From an uncultured Lachnospiraceae bacterium (GTDB lineage: Bacteria; Bacillota; Clostridia; Oscillospirales; CAG-272): a stretch of DNA of 64,000 bases. The position numbers and the translations under genes were made by a program. The stretch is taken from positions 33,978 through 97,977 of the forward strand of contig CAYOFP010000004.1 in assembly GCA_964403505.1 (NCBI GenBank). The letters run 5' to 3'. The notes under the pieces are model-generated. The model was not told the origin of the DNA. It saw nothing but the letters and a program-made list of their open reading frames with translations, and made no database searches. Positions within the stretch are counted from its first letter, which is position 1. Every line of letters begins with the position of its first letter. Of the stretch, positions 20,812-29,775 are shown piece after piece.

Positions 20812-22166
20812 TTCGTTTCCTCCTTCTTTGTGAGCGCTTCAGCCGCCTTTTGCGCCATCTGCGCTTCTCTTATCTTTCCTTTTGCAGTGCGGATATGCTG
20901 AACGATCGGCACTCTGCCGGGGCAGGTATAGGTGCAGCATCCGCACTCGACACAGCTCATCGCGTCAAATTCTATGCATTTCTCAATATCGTTTTTCTGA
21001 GAAAACGACGCAAGGTATAACGGCATCAGATGCATCGGACATACAGACACACACTTTCCGCATCTGATACAGCTGTAATCCTCCTTCGGTTTTGGGGACT
21101 GCGCCTCCGAGAACACGAGAACGGCGGACGTCGTCTTTGTCACGGGAGATGACATATCCCATAACGCCTGACCCATCATAGGGCCGCCGTTTATGAGCTT
21201 TTTCGGAGTCTTTTTGAGTCCTCCGCAGAACTCGATCAGGTCGGACAGCGGCGTTCCTATCGGTACGAGCACGTTTTTCGGCATTTTGACGCAGTCACCG
21301 TCCACGGTGACCGTGCGCTCTATCACAGGCATACCGTGCGCAAATGCGTTATAGATACTCGCCGTCGTTTCGGCGTTAAATATCACGCATCCTGCATCGG
21401 CAGGCAGCTTTCCGACGGGAAGCTGCTTCCCTGTTATGACATAGATCAGCTGTCTTTCATCGCCCTGAGGATATTTGGTCGGGAGCACCCTGACCTTTAT
21501 CATCTCGTCATTTACGAGAAGCTCCTCGAATTTGTTTGCGGCGTCGAGCTTATTGTCTTCTATGGCGATAACTGCCTCGGTTATCCCGAGCGCCTTTAAG
21601 AGTATCTTTGCTCCGTTGACGATCGCGGCAGGGTTTTCGAGCATCAGGCGGTGGTTTGCCGTGATGTACGGCTCACACTCGGCGCAGTTTATGATAAGTT
21701 TATCAACTTTATCTATCGCACTCTGTATCTTCGCATATGCAGGGAAACCTGCACCGCCCATGCCGGAGATGCCGGCCTGCCTGATCACCTCGATGATCTC
21801 CTCGGTCGAAGTATCAATAAGAGATTTTTCATATGGCTTTATATCCGGGCACAGGGTATTTTGCCCGTCATTTTCTATTACGACGGTACGCACGGGCATA
21901 CCCGTCGCAGTATGTCTGACGACAATATCGGTAACGACACCCGAAACGCTCGAGTGAACGGGACACCCGAGTCCCTTTTCCACCACGCCTATGACCTGAC
22001 CTCGTGTGACACTCTCACCTTTATCTACCACAGGGGTGCAGTGCGCACCGATATGCTGGGAAAGAGGTATCGTCACGACAGCCGGCGCCGGCATACGTCT
22101 TATCTGAGCTTTACGGGTATTTTTATGCTCATCTATATGGATTCCGCCTTTAAAGGTAAACGGCAT
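20808..22166 (-). CDS. rnfC: Rnf complex subunit C
   Basis: GMGGAGFP and two ferredoxin motifs (CIRCGKCVSVCP, CVECGCCTYTCP). Start set at the ATG at 22164-22166 (MPFTFKGGIH), preceded by GAGGTGA. The track ORF extends to 22235. Confidence 0.9.
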   Translation of the reverse strand: MPFTFKGGIHIDEHKNTRKAQIRRMPAPAVVTIPLSQHIGAHCTPVVDKGESVTRGQVIGVVEKGLGCPVHSSVSGVVTDIVVRHTATGMPVRTVVIENDGQNTLCPDIKPYEKSLIDTSTEEIIEVIRQAGISGMGGAGFPAYAKIQSAIDKVDKLIINCAECEPYITANHRLMLENPAAIVNGAKILLKALGITEAVIAIEDNKLDAANKFEELLVNDEMIKVRVLPTKYPQGDERQLIYVITGKQLPVGKLPADAGCVIFNAETTASIYNAFAHGMPVIERTVTVDGDCVKMPKNVLVPIGTPLSDLIEFCGGLKKTPKKLINGGPMMGQALWDMSSPVTKTTSAVLVFSEAQSPKPKEDYSCIRCGKCVSVCPMHLMPLYLASFSQKNDIEKCIEFDAMSCVECGCCTYTCPGRVPIVQHIRTAKGKIREAQMAQKAAEALTKKEETK

Positions 22167-22293
22167 TTTATCACCTCGTATTTTATAAAAATAATATCGC
22201 ATAGTAATTATACAATAACACAGAAGAAAAATCAATTATAAAAACATGTAAAAAATTATTTTTTATCATAAATATAATTATGCAAAAAAACAC

Positions 22294-22323
22294 TTGACAA
22301 AAAAGCGTATGATATGATATTAT
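22294..22323 (+). promoter_or_regulatory. sigma-A-type promoter for the tRNA-Met/tRNA-Glu pair
   Basis: TTGACA (22294-22299), an 18-nt spacer, then an extended -10 TGaTATTAT (22315-22323), about 30 nt upstream of the tRNA. Confidence 0.6.
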
Positions 22324-22353
22324 ATATGAGCGTTGTTTTGGCGCATCATATTT

Positions 22354-22430
22354 GGCGGAATAGCTCAGTTGGCTAGAGCATCCGGTTCATACCCGGCAGG
22401 TCGTTGGTTCAAATCCGACTTCCGCTACCA
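22354..22430 (+). tRNA. tRNA-Met (CAT), elongator type
   Basis: Cloverleaf read by eye: acceptor GGCGGAA/TTCCGCT, anticodon loop TTCATAC, T-arm GTTGG-TTCAAAT-CCGAC, encoded CCA. Confidence 0.85.
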
Positions 22431-22432
22431 AA

Positions 22433-22507
22433 GGCCCGATGGTCAAGCGGTCAAGACACCGCCCTTTCACGGCGGTAACGGGGGTTCGATTCCCCCTCGG
22501 GTCACCA
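22433..22507 (+). tRNA. tRNA-Glu (TTC)
   Basis: GGCCCGATGGTCAAGCGGTCAAGACACCGCCCTTTCACGGCGG...GGGTCACCA. The anticodon loop is CTTTCAC, and the sequence closely resembles the Firmicutes tRNA-Glu consensus. Confidence 0.9.
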
Positions 22508-22511
22508 CAAT

Positions 22512-22542
22512 AAAAAATCCCCCGAAGCTCGGGGGATTTTTT
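22512..22542. terminator. bidirectional intrinsic terminator
   Basis: AAAAAATCCCCCGAagcTCGGGGGATTTTTT lies between the tRNA-Glu 3' end and the stop of the convergent DHHW gene. Confidence 0.85.
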
Positions 22543-23731
22543 ATTGTCCGTTACATTCGGTTTGCAGGAGCGCCTCATAATCCCTGATACATACTACAAT
22601 ATCAGGTTTGTTTTTCTCTATGAAATCTGAGAGAGTCATCTCCTTATAATGACGGAAGTCGAGAGAGTCCATTTTATCGAAATTATACCATATGATACTC
22701 TCCACGGCATTTGTAAATGAATCGCCGTATATGAGGATATCAGGCAGTTGCTCACGATGGGTATCAATGGTCGTATTCGATATATCGCCTCCCATATACA
22801 TGGTATATGCCGCCTTTTCATACACATTTGCAGGGATAGAGTATACGCTTGAGGCAGTTTTATTCGAATAATTATATCTGTCATACGGTATGCTGACATT
22901 CGGCTCGATAGTATAGAGGTGCGCACCCATTGTCATAAGATCGCACAGCTTTCTCTCTCGGGAACCGAGATATGGATTCGGCACTTCATTTACGGTATAA
23001 TCTCCGTCGCCGAGAATATCAAGAGAGTAGCCGAGCTTGTTTACACGCTCCATTATCTCACGGTATGTCTCATATGCGCCGAAAATGCTGAAGTGATTAT
23101 CACAGGACGAGCTGTATTTATAATAATCGCCTAATTCCCTGAAAACCGGCAGCATGTCAATATAACCGACACCGTTTTCATCAAGCTTTTTAAACAGCGT
23201 CTTTGACGTTATCTCGGTATATCCCTTTCTGTTATTCATATAAGGGGGATAAGAATCCTCGAAAATAACATACTGGCACGGCACGGCGACATAAATAAAC
23301 TCCGCACCGTATTCCTCACACTGTTTTTTATGCTCTGTCAGCCTGTCTGCTATCTTCTGCGCCTTGGCGGACACAGCGTCCTCATCTACGCTCTCATACT
23401 CTAAATACGGCAAAAGCACATCGTCATTGATCACGATCGTATTAACCACAGGGCGTTTCAGCACTTTCAGATCGATTGCCGTATTCAGCCTGATGATACT
23501 CTCTCTGCCTGCCGCATGATCCTGCAAATATTTATCAACACCGGAAAAATACGAGCCGTCGAGGATACCCGCCCTCGTATACTCCGGCATCACGGCGAGC
23601 GTGCGGTTCTCGTAATATGATGTAGTCTGCTTTTCGCGAAATACCGTAGCTCCCATTCCGATAAAAAGAAATGCGATAAATGCCAAAATAAACATCATTT
23701 GAATGATACGTGATATTCTGTTATTCTCCAA
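22541..23731 (-). CDS. DHHW-family protein (AlgX/AlgJ-like partner of MBOAT acyltransferases)
   Basis: 396-aa ORF with a single N-terminal TM helix and an extracytoplasmic domain containing CDNHFS in the DHHW position. It lies immediately downstream of an MBOAT gene, the usual pairing. Confidence 0.6.
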   Translation of the reverse strand: MENNRISRIIQMMFILAFIAFLFIGMGATVFREKQTTSYYENRTLAVMPEYTRAGILDGSYFSGVDKYLQDHAAGRESIIRLNTAIDLKVLKRPVVNTIVINDDVLLPYLEYESVDEDAVSAKAQKIADRLTEHKKQCEEYGAEFIYVAVPCQYVIFEDSYPPYMNNRKGYTEITSKTLFKKLDENGVGYIDMLPVFRELGDYYKYSSSCDNHFSIFGAYETYREIMERVNKLGYSLDILGDGDYTVNEVPNPYLGSRERKLCDLMTMGAHLYTIEPNVSIPYDRYNYSNKTASSVYSIPANVYEKAAYTMYMGGDISNTTIDTHREQLPDILIYGDSFTNAVESIIWYNFDKMDSLDFRHYKEMTLSDFIEKNKPDIVVCIRDYEALLQTECNGQ

Positions 23732-23748
23732 AATAAAATTCCTTTCTA

Positions 23749-25161
23749 TCAGAATTGGAAATAAATAAACGGATTAAAGCTGCCCGAGACTAACTTCATA
23801 TACGATAATCCGAGCACGAGTATCGCAAGTCCCTTTGACAATAGTTCATACGAAAACACAAATACCGGCTTTGCCGCTCTTTTCTCGAAAAAGCGCTTTG
23901 CCGCATTTTTTATCGGGAACACCGCAATCAGAGCGAGGATGAATTCGGGCAGGTACTGACGGATAAAATAAAACGCCTGATTGACAGAGGAAACACCGGA
24001 TGCACCGAACATCGTGACGACATATGATACAGCCTGTGAAATAGTGTCCGATCGGAAAATCACCCAGCTTATCATAACAATGACAAGCGTCAGCGCATGG
24101 CGTATAACGCCCGGTATTTTCGGCAGCACCTTTGCAAGGGCGTATTTTTCCACGATCAGTATGATGCCGAAATAAAGTCCCCATGCGATAAATGTCCAGT
24201 TTGCGCCGTGCCACAAGCCCGTGAGCGCCCATGTGATAAGCAGGTTTATAATATGGCGGTACTTACTGCATCTGTTGCCGCCGAGAGGGATATATACATA
24301 GTCCCTGAACCATGACGACAGCGAGATATGCCATCTGCGCCAGAAATCCGTAACAGATGAGGCGATATACGGATAATTGAAATTTTCCATAAATCTGAAG
24401 CCAAACATCCGGCCGAGGCCGATAGCCATATCGGAATACGCCGAAAAATCAAAATAGATCTGTAATGTATAGGCTATAATGCCGACCCACGCCACGGCTG
24501 TACCGAACAGTCCGCAGTCAAGGGAAAACACCTTGTCCGCAATCTCTCCCATGGCGTTTGCGATAAGCATTTTCTTACCAAGACCGAGTGCGAAGCGCAC
24601 CGACCCTTCTGAAAAATCAAAAACAGTATGTTTGCGTGAGGACAACTCCTTTTCGACAGTGGTATATCTGACGATCGGTCCTGCGACGAGCTGAGGGAAC
24701 AAAGCCACATACAAAGCGACCTTTAGCGGATTTTTCTGCACTGCGGCGTCGCCTCTGTAAACATCTATGACATAGCTGAGACTCTGGAAAGTGAAAAACG
24801 ATATTCCGATCGGCAATACGATATTCGGCACGGTAACAGGAAGTCCGGCATCTTTCAGTATCGATGCAGCAAATCCTGCGTATTTGAATACTCCGAGCAT
24901 AGCGAGGTTCGCCGTGACCGTTATGGCGAGCACCGCCCGTCCTACACCCGGTTTCTTTACAAAAAGACCGGCAGTGTAATTGACCGTCACAGACGCAAGA
25001 AGCAAAAACAAGCAACGTACTCCTCCCCACGCATAGAAGACCAGGCTGAATATAAGTAATATGGCATTTCTGATATTTATAAAACGTGCCGGTACCGCAA
25101 AATAACATAGCAGTAACAACGGAAGAAAATACAGAAGAAATACCGTGCTGCCGAATAACAT
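23749..25161 (-). CDS. MBOAT-family membrane O-acyltransferase (AlgI/DltB-like)
   Basis: 470-aa polytopic ORF with RRWHISLSSWFRDYVYIPLGG and the conserved-His segment LTGLWHGANW. Confidence 0.9.
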   Translation of the reverse strand: MLFGSTVFLLYFLPLLLLCYFAVPARFINIRNAILLIFSLVFYAWGGVRCLFLLLASVTVNYTAGLFVKKPGVGRAVLAITVTANLAMLGVFKYAGFAASILKDAGLPVTVPNIVLPIGISFFTFQSLSYVIDVYRGDAAVQKNPLKVALYVALFPQLVAGPIVRYTTVEKELSSRKHTVFDFSEGSVRFALGLGKKMLIANAMGEIADKVFSLDCGLFGTAVAWVGIIAYTLQIYFDFSAYSDMAIGLGRMFGFRFMENFNYPYIASSVTDFWRRWHISLSSWFRDYVYIPLGGNRCSKYRHIINLLITWALTGLWHGANWTFIAWGLYFGIILIVEKYALAKVLPKIPGVIRHALTLVIVMISWVIFRSDTISQAVSYVVTMFGASGVSSVNQAFYFIRQYLPEFILALIAVFPIKNAAKRFFEKRAAKPVFVFSYELLSKGLAILVLGLSYMKLVSGSFNPFIYFQF

Positions 25162-25258
25162 ATCTTTACCTCATATAAAAATTTTCATGTTTTAGAATAT
25201 TATATACTATATAGCAATTTTTTTCAATATCAAAATGTTACTACGGTATTTTGTCATA

Positions 25259-25287
25259 TTGAAAACATCGACAAAACGTGCTATAAT
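25259..25287 (+). promoter_or_regulatory. sigma-A-type promoter
   Basis: TTGAAA (25259-25264), a 17-nt spacer, then TATAAT (25282-25287), upstream of the 25316 CDS. Confidence 0.55.
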
Positions 25288-25315
25288 ATTCTATAAAATG
25301 ATATGTGAGGATGGA

Positions 25316-25963
25316 ATGAAAGAGACTGTCAAAAGATACATATTACTGATTATAGGACTGTTTTTCTCGGCGCTCGGCGTCGCCATCACTAAACGCGGCG
25401 AGCTCGGGGTCTCACCGATATCATCGGTCGCAAATATAATGAGTATCAGATTCCCTGCTCTGTCGCTCGGCTCGTGGCTCATTGTATGGAACTGTGTGCT
25501 GATCTTTGGGCAGATCATCATTCTGCGAAAGAAATTCAAGATAATACAATTATTACAAATCCCCCTATCGTTTTTATTCGGTTATTTCACCGACTTCGGT
25601 ACGTTCCTCGTATCGTATCTGCGGACTGACTTTTATCCCATGCGTATCAGTATGGTCTTGATCGGCACGTTTGTACTCGGCTTCGGCATTACGCTCGCAG
25701 TGACGGCGAACAAGATCATGAACTCGGGCGAGGCTTTTGTCAAGGCCATATCCGACACGGCAAATAAAAACTTCGGAAATGTGAAAATATGCTTTGATAT
25801 CAGCTGTGTTGTTTTTTCGGTCATCCTCTCGCTGATATTCTTTGACTGGAAGATCGTCGGCACACGGGAGGGGACGCTCGTCGCCGCACTCTTTACAGGT
25901 ATTTCGGTCAAGCTGTTCACGCGCCTGATAAAACAACCGCTTGAAAAAATGTTAGGCAAATAA
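25316..25963 (+). CDS. YczE/YitT-like integral membrane protein
   Basis: Start set at MKETVKRY (ATG 25316), preceded by GAGGATGG. About 6 TM segments. Family recalled from sequence style (GVAITKRGELGVSPISS). Confidence 0.5.
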   Translation: MKETVKRYILLIIGLFFSALGVAITKRGELGVSPISSVANIMSIRFPALSLGSWLIVWNCVLIFGQIIILRKKFKIIQLLQIPLSFLFGYFTDFGTFLVSYLRTDFYPMRISMVLIGTFVLGFGITLAVTANKIMNSGEAFVKAISDTANKNFGNVKICFDISCVVFSVILSLIFFDWKIVGTREGTLVAALFTGISVKLFTRLIKQPLEKMLGK

Positions 25964-25987
25964 AAAAGCTCTTTTAAGAGCTTTTTT
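25962..25987. terminator. bidirectional intrinsic terminator
   Basis: AAAAAAGCTCTTttaaGAGCTTTTTT lies between convergent genes. Confidence 0.8.
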
Positions 25988-26810
25988 ATTTATACAGACC
26001 GAGTCTGACCAGCATCCGATAGAAAATCAGCATCATGCGCACCATTTGTTCGGAAAGCGCATACTTACCTTTTGACTGACCGGCAAAATCGCCGTTTTTC
26101 GTAAGCTTATTTAACATATCGACGGCTTCTTTGCCACCCATGGCGTCCGTGACATGCGCATTCCAATTCACACTCGTTATGCACGGCGCAACAGCCTCTT
26201 TCAGTTTATCTATACTGTTTTTCAGAGTTTCGTTTTCGCTTTTGAGCTCTTGTACGCTTTTGACGAGCTTATCAAACTCCGCTTTTTCTTCTTTTGTCAA
26301 TGGTACATCCTCCGGGTATAGTTCTTCATATTTTTCTTTTACAAGTGCAAGGTAATAATCCCAGCCGTAATCGTCAAGCGTGCGTTCGGGGCAATGCTTT
26401 TTTGAATAATCCTCATGCTTTGTGATCCGGGAAAGATCAAGCCCCCAGCCGAAGTCATGCATAAGGCGTGCGCATAGTATCGCCGAATTCTCCTGCGAGC
26501 GCTCGAAAAGCTCCTTTTCTCCCGCCGAATAGCATATCTCGATCCCGATACTGTATCTGTTGCCTTTCCCGTCGGCGCCGTCGCCTGCGTGCCAGCCGTT
26601 CCGGTCAAGCGGTAAGATCTGTACCGCCCCGGTATCATCGACTGCAAAATGAAACGATGTCGCTGCGGGATTTGTATGCACATAATGCGCTTCATTTTCC
26701 GCCGATGCGTTATTTGCCGTATTATGAATACAGATACAACGCGGGGTCATTTTATATGTGCATTTCAGATCCCACAAATTTTCGGGAACGATATAGTTAC
26801 GAATGTTCAT
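25986..26810 (-). CDS. N-acetylmuramoyl-L-alanine amidase (Amidase_2/PGRP-type endolysin-like) with an unassigned C-terminal half
   Basis: The N-terminal ~160 aa carry CICIHNTANNASAENEAHYV...FHFAVDD...WHAGDG...IGIEICY. The C-terminal ~110 aa are a coiled coil plus an unknown domain, and I recognise no SH3b/LysM/CW-binding repeat. Confidence 0.85.
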   Translation of the reverse strand: MNIRNYIVPENLWDLKCTYKMTPRCICIHNTANNASAENEAHYVHTNPAATSFHFAVDDTGAVQILPLDRNGWHAGDGADGKGNRYSIGIEICYSAGEKELFERSQENSAILCARLMHDFGWGLDLSRITKHEDYSKKHCPERTLDDYGWDYYLALVKEKYEELYPEDVPLTKEEKAEFDKLVKSVQELKSENETLKNSIDKLKEAVAPCITSVNWNAHVTDAMGGKEAVDMLNKLTKNGDFAGQSKGKYALSEQMVRMMLIFYRMLVRLGLYK

Positions 26811-27007
26811 TTTTCATCATTCTCCGGGATTACGGTTATGCTCGTAAGAAGCGATAAAAGCACCGCAAGCAGTGAGGCGGACAGCGCCGCAAGCCAATTC
26901 ACCTCATCGAGCACGGCGCTCGTGCCGATCGTCGCAATTGCTGTCTGCGCCGCGGTCTTTGCCGCACGGATCGCCGCCGTGCGCATCCATTTCTTAAAAC
27001 TCGTCAT
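26807..27007 (-). CDS. small phage-type holin (phiLC3/LL-H-like)
   Basis: 66-aa ORF: amphipathic IRAAKTAAQTAIATIG, then the TM helix WLAALSASLLAVLLSLLTSI and an acidic tail. It overlaps the amidase start by 4 nt (ATGA). Confidence 0.6.
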   Translation of the reverse strand: MTSFKKWMRTAAIRAAKTAAQTAIATIGTSAVLDEVNWLAALSASLLAVLLSLLTSITVIPENDEK

Positions 27008-27055
27008 TCTTATTTATCCCCTTTTTAACATTATATTATAAAGAGGGGCAAAGTT

Positions 27056-27086
27056 GAAAAAAGGAAGGCTTTCACCTTCCTTTTTT
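27056..27086 (-). terminator. intrinsic terminator of the ABC-DUF1854-ABC operon
   Basis: AAAAAAGGAAGGctttcaCCTTCCTTTTTT lies immediately after the stop at 27085-27087. Confidence 0.8.
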
Positions 27087-29268
27087 AATGCAGTTTATTC
27101 ATCGATCTTTGCGCCATGACAAGACCGTAATATATTCCCTTTTTCCGCATCAGCTCATTGTGCGAGCCTACCTCGGCGACCTCACCTTTATCGAGCACAA
27201 CGAGTCTGTCAGCATTTCGCAGGGTGGAGAGCCTATGGGCGATAGCGATCGTCGTTCTGCCCCGCATAAGCTCCTTCAGAGCATCCTGTATCTGCTTTTC
27301 GGTCTCGGTATCGAGAGAGGCTGTCGCCTCGTCAAGGATAAGTATCTTCGGGTCACGGAGCAGCGCTCTCGCGATTGCGATCCGCTGGCGCTCGCCGCCC
27401 GAAACGGTATGTCCATTCTCTCCCACACGGGTGTCATAACCGTCTGTCAGCTTCATGATAAATTCATGCGCCCCTGCAGCTTTTGCCGCAGTGATGATCT
27501 CCTCACGGGTCGCTTCCGGCTTTGAATATGCGATATTATCATAGATCGTTCCGGCAAAGAGGAATGTCTCCTGAAGCACGACGCCCATATGCGAGCGCAG
27601 ATGCTCCTGCGATATATCCCGTATATCCACACCGTCGAGCAGTATCCTGCCGCCTTCCGCATCGTACATTCTCATAACGAGGTTGATCAGCGTGCTTTTT
27701 CCCACGCCGCTTTTGCCGACGATACCGATCATCTCGCCCGGCTTTACCTCGAGGTCGATATGGCGCAGGACCGTCTGCCCTTTATTATAACCGAAGGAAA
27801 CATCCTCAAATCTGATATCTCCGACGATCTCTCTGTCGTCGGGCGTGTCCGTCTCGGGAACATCGCTCTTTTCATCGACGATCTCATATATTTTGACAAC
27901 AGAAGTGACAGCCATAACGATCTGCCTCGGCAAAGTCGCCATCCATCTGAGCGGCCCGTACAGCATACCTACATAGGAGGAAAACTGCGCCATTTGTCCG
28001 AATGTCATCTCTCCGCCGAGAATCTGACCGCCGACAAAATACAAAAGGAAAAATTCACCCATCCCTGCAAAAAGCGCTATCAGCGGATTTACAACGGCAA
28101 ACATGACCTCATTTTTGATATGTATATCACGCTGGGCATCAACGGCGCTATCGTATCTTTCGATCTCTCTGTGCTCCATGCCAAAGGATTTTACTACACG
28201 GATGCCTCGCAGGGTATCAAAAAGTATCGTGGACGAAGCGCTCTCGTACGACCACAGCTTATGCCACATACTCCGCATAAAATTCCAGAAAAGCCGGTAG
28301 AAGATGATAACAAACGGCACGGGAACGATTACAAGCAGGGCGAGCCGCCAATCGTAATATACTACCACAGCGCCGACTGCGACAAACAACAGCACCTGCT
28401 CGATAAGACCCGGGAGGGTACTGGTCAAAAAGTCCTGTAAACGCCTCGCATCGCCCGTGACACGTCTGATAAGATCGCCCGACGGGCGCTTTGAAAAACC
28501 CGAAAGGGAAAGGGAATGTATCTTTTTAAAAACCAGCTCACGAAGCTTGACAACGAGGCTCGTGCCTGCAATCATCAAAAGATAATTCCGCAAAACGGAA
28601 ACCGCATACGAAACGACGAGCACACCGACCATCGACAAAACCACCGCAATAAAAGCGCCGAGCGGCGGGGTCGATTCCGCCTTTACGTAATCGTCCACAA
28701 AAATTCTTTGAATATAGGGAGCCGACACGTCGACTGCACTTTTTATAAAGAAAAGCAGAACGGAAAGTGCGATGATCCACCGCTGTCCCTTAGTGAGAGC
28801 GAAAAGACGGGCAAGCGTCTTTAATTTATCGGTGCATTTCATGCAGACATCGCCTTTATTTTTCAAGATCCTGCCGCACCTCGGGCAGATCGCCACAAGC
28901 TCGCAGGGAGCGTCAATATCCCCTCGGATGAGCGAGTTCATCGCTCCGACAGCGGAGGATATCTCATTCTGCGCACGCATATCCGAGACGAGAAGCAGAT
29001 GCGTATCATCACATGTGTCATACACCACACGGAATGCGCCGACGAGATTTTCCAGTCGGAATTCCGTAACGCCGTCAAAGGAAACTTCACGCAAAAGCAC
29101 GCCGTTTTCGTACAGAAAAACGCCGTTTTTCGTGATGATACCAATTCCCTTTACCTGCTCATACTTTTTCTTCGCCGAAAGGTTATATGCGAAAGCCGTG
29201 ATGATATCATCCGGCAGGTCATTCCCTTTTTTCTTAAGAAAAGCAATGAGAGAACCGCTCCGAGTCAT
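27085..29268 (-). CDS. ABC exporter half-transporter (TMD-NBD) with an extra N-terminal cytoplasmic domain and zinc ribbon
   Basis: 727-aa ORF. Walker A GKSGVGKST, signature VSGGERQR, Walker B ILILDEATS, and 6 TM helices. The N-terminal ~150 aa end in CPRCGRILKNKGDVCMKC. Confidence 0.9.
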   Translation of the reverse strand: MTRSGSLIAFLKKKGNDLPDDIITAFAYNLSAKKKYEQVKGIGIITKNGVFLYENGVLLREVSFDGVTEFRLENLVGAFRVVYDTCDDTHLLLVSDMRAQNEISSAVGAMNSLIRGDIDAPCELVAICPRCGRILKNKGDVCMKCTDKLKTLARLFALTKGQRWIIALSVLLFFIKSAVDVSAPYIQRIFVDDYVKAESTPPLGAFIAVVLSMVGVLVVSYAVSVLRNYLLMIAGTSLVVKLRELVFKKIHSLSLSGFSKRPSGDLIRRVTGDARRLQDFLTSTLPGLIEQVLLFVAVGAVVVYYDWRLALLVIVPVPFVIIFYRLFWNFMRSMWHKLWSYESASSTILFDTLRGIRVVKSFGMEHREIERYDSAVDAQRDIHIKNEVMFAVVNPLIALFAGMGEFFLLYFVGGQILGGEMTFGQMAQFSSYVGMLYGPLRWMATLPRQIVMAVTSVVKIYEIVDEKSDVPETDTPDDREIVGDIRFEDVSFGYNKGQTVLRHIDLEVKPGEMIGIVGKSGVGKSTLINLVMRMYDAEGGRILLDGVDIRDISQEHLRSHMGVVLQETFLFAGTIYDNIAYSKPEATREEIITAAKAAGAHEFIMKLTDGYDTRVGENGHTVSGGERQRIAIARALLRDPKILILDEATASLDTETEKQIQDALKELMRGRTTIAIAHRLSTLRNADRLVVLDKGEVAEVGSHNELMRKKGIYYGLVMAQRSMNKLH

Positions 29269-29774
29269 AAATAAAGCTCCAGTTTCTTTCGGCTGTGACG
29301 GTCGAGCGCATCGATCGACGGTATCTCATATCTGTTACCGTCGACATCGATGATAAACACTCTTCCCCCGCCGACCTTCAAAATGCTTCTGTAAACATCT
29401 CTGAGTCCGAAGGAAAGCGCACCCATATTCGTTTCCGCACTAACCTGCATAAAGCCGTAATTGTCTTTCATATCTATTATTTTGGTGATCTTAGGTGAAA
29501 AATACTTTCTGTCAAGCTCGTCCGTCAGAACGACGATATCATTTTCATCAAAATCCCGATCGATAGAGCGGATCATGCCGATCTCCTTTTTCTCATCGTC
29601 GAGCACGCTGATGTACTCCCGTTCCATTTCAAAGGGAAATGCCCTTTGAAGACTGACACGGCACTCTTTTCCCATGTGTGTCATATAGAGAAAGCCATCT
29701 CTCTCCTCAAACGATGCGTTTTCACGTGACAGAATATTGATGCTGATAATATCAGATAATTCTTTGTTTTCCAT
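29265..29774 (-). CDS. DUF1854-family protein (ABC-transporter-associated)
   Basis: 169-aa soluble ORF wedged between the two ABC genes (4-nt overlap and 1-nt gap). Family recalled from memory as ABC-associated. Confidence 0.55.
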   Translation of the reverse strand: MENKELSDIISINILSRENASFEERDGFLYMTHMGKECRVSLQRAFPFEMEREYISVLDDEKKEIGMIRSIDRDFDENDIVVLTDELDRKYFSPKITKIIDMKDNYGFMQVSAETNMGALSFGLRDVYRSILKVGGGRVFIIDVDGNRYEIPSIDALDRHSRKKLELYL

Positions 29775-29775
29775 A

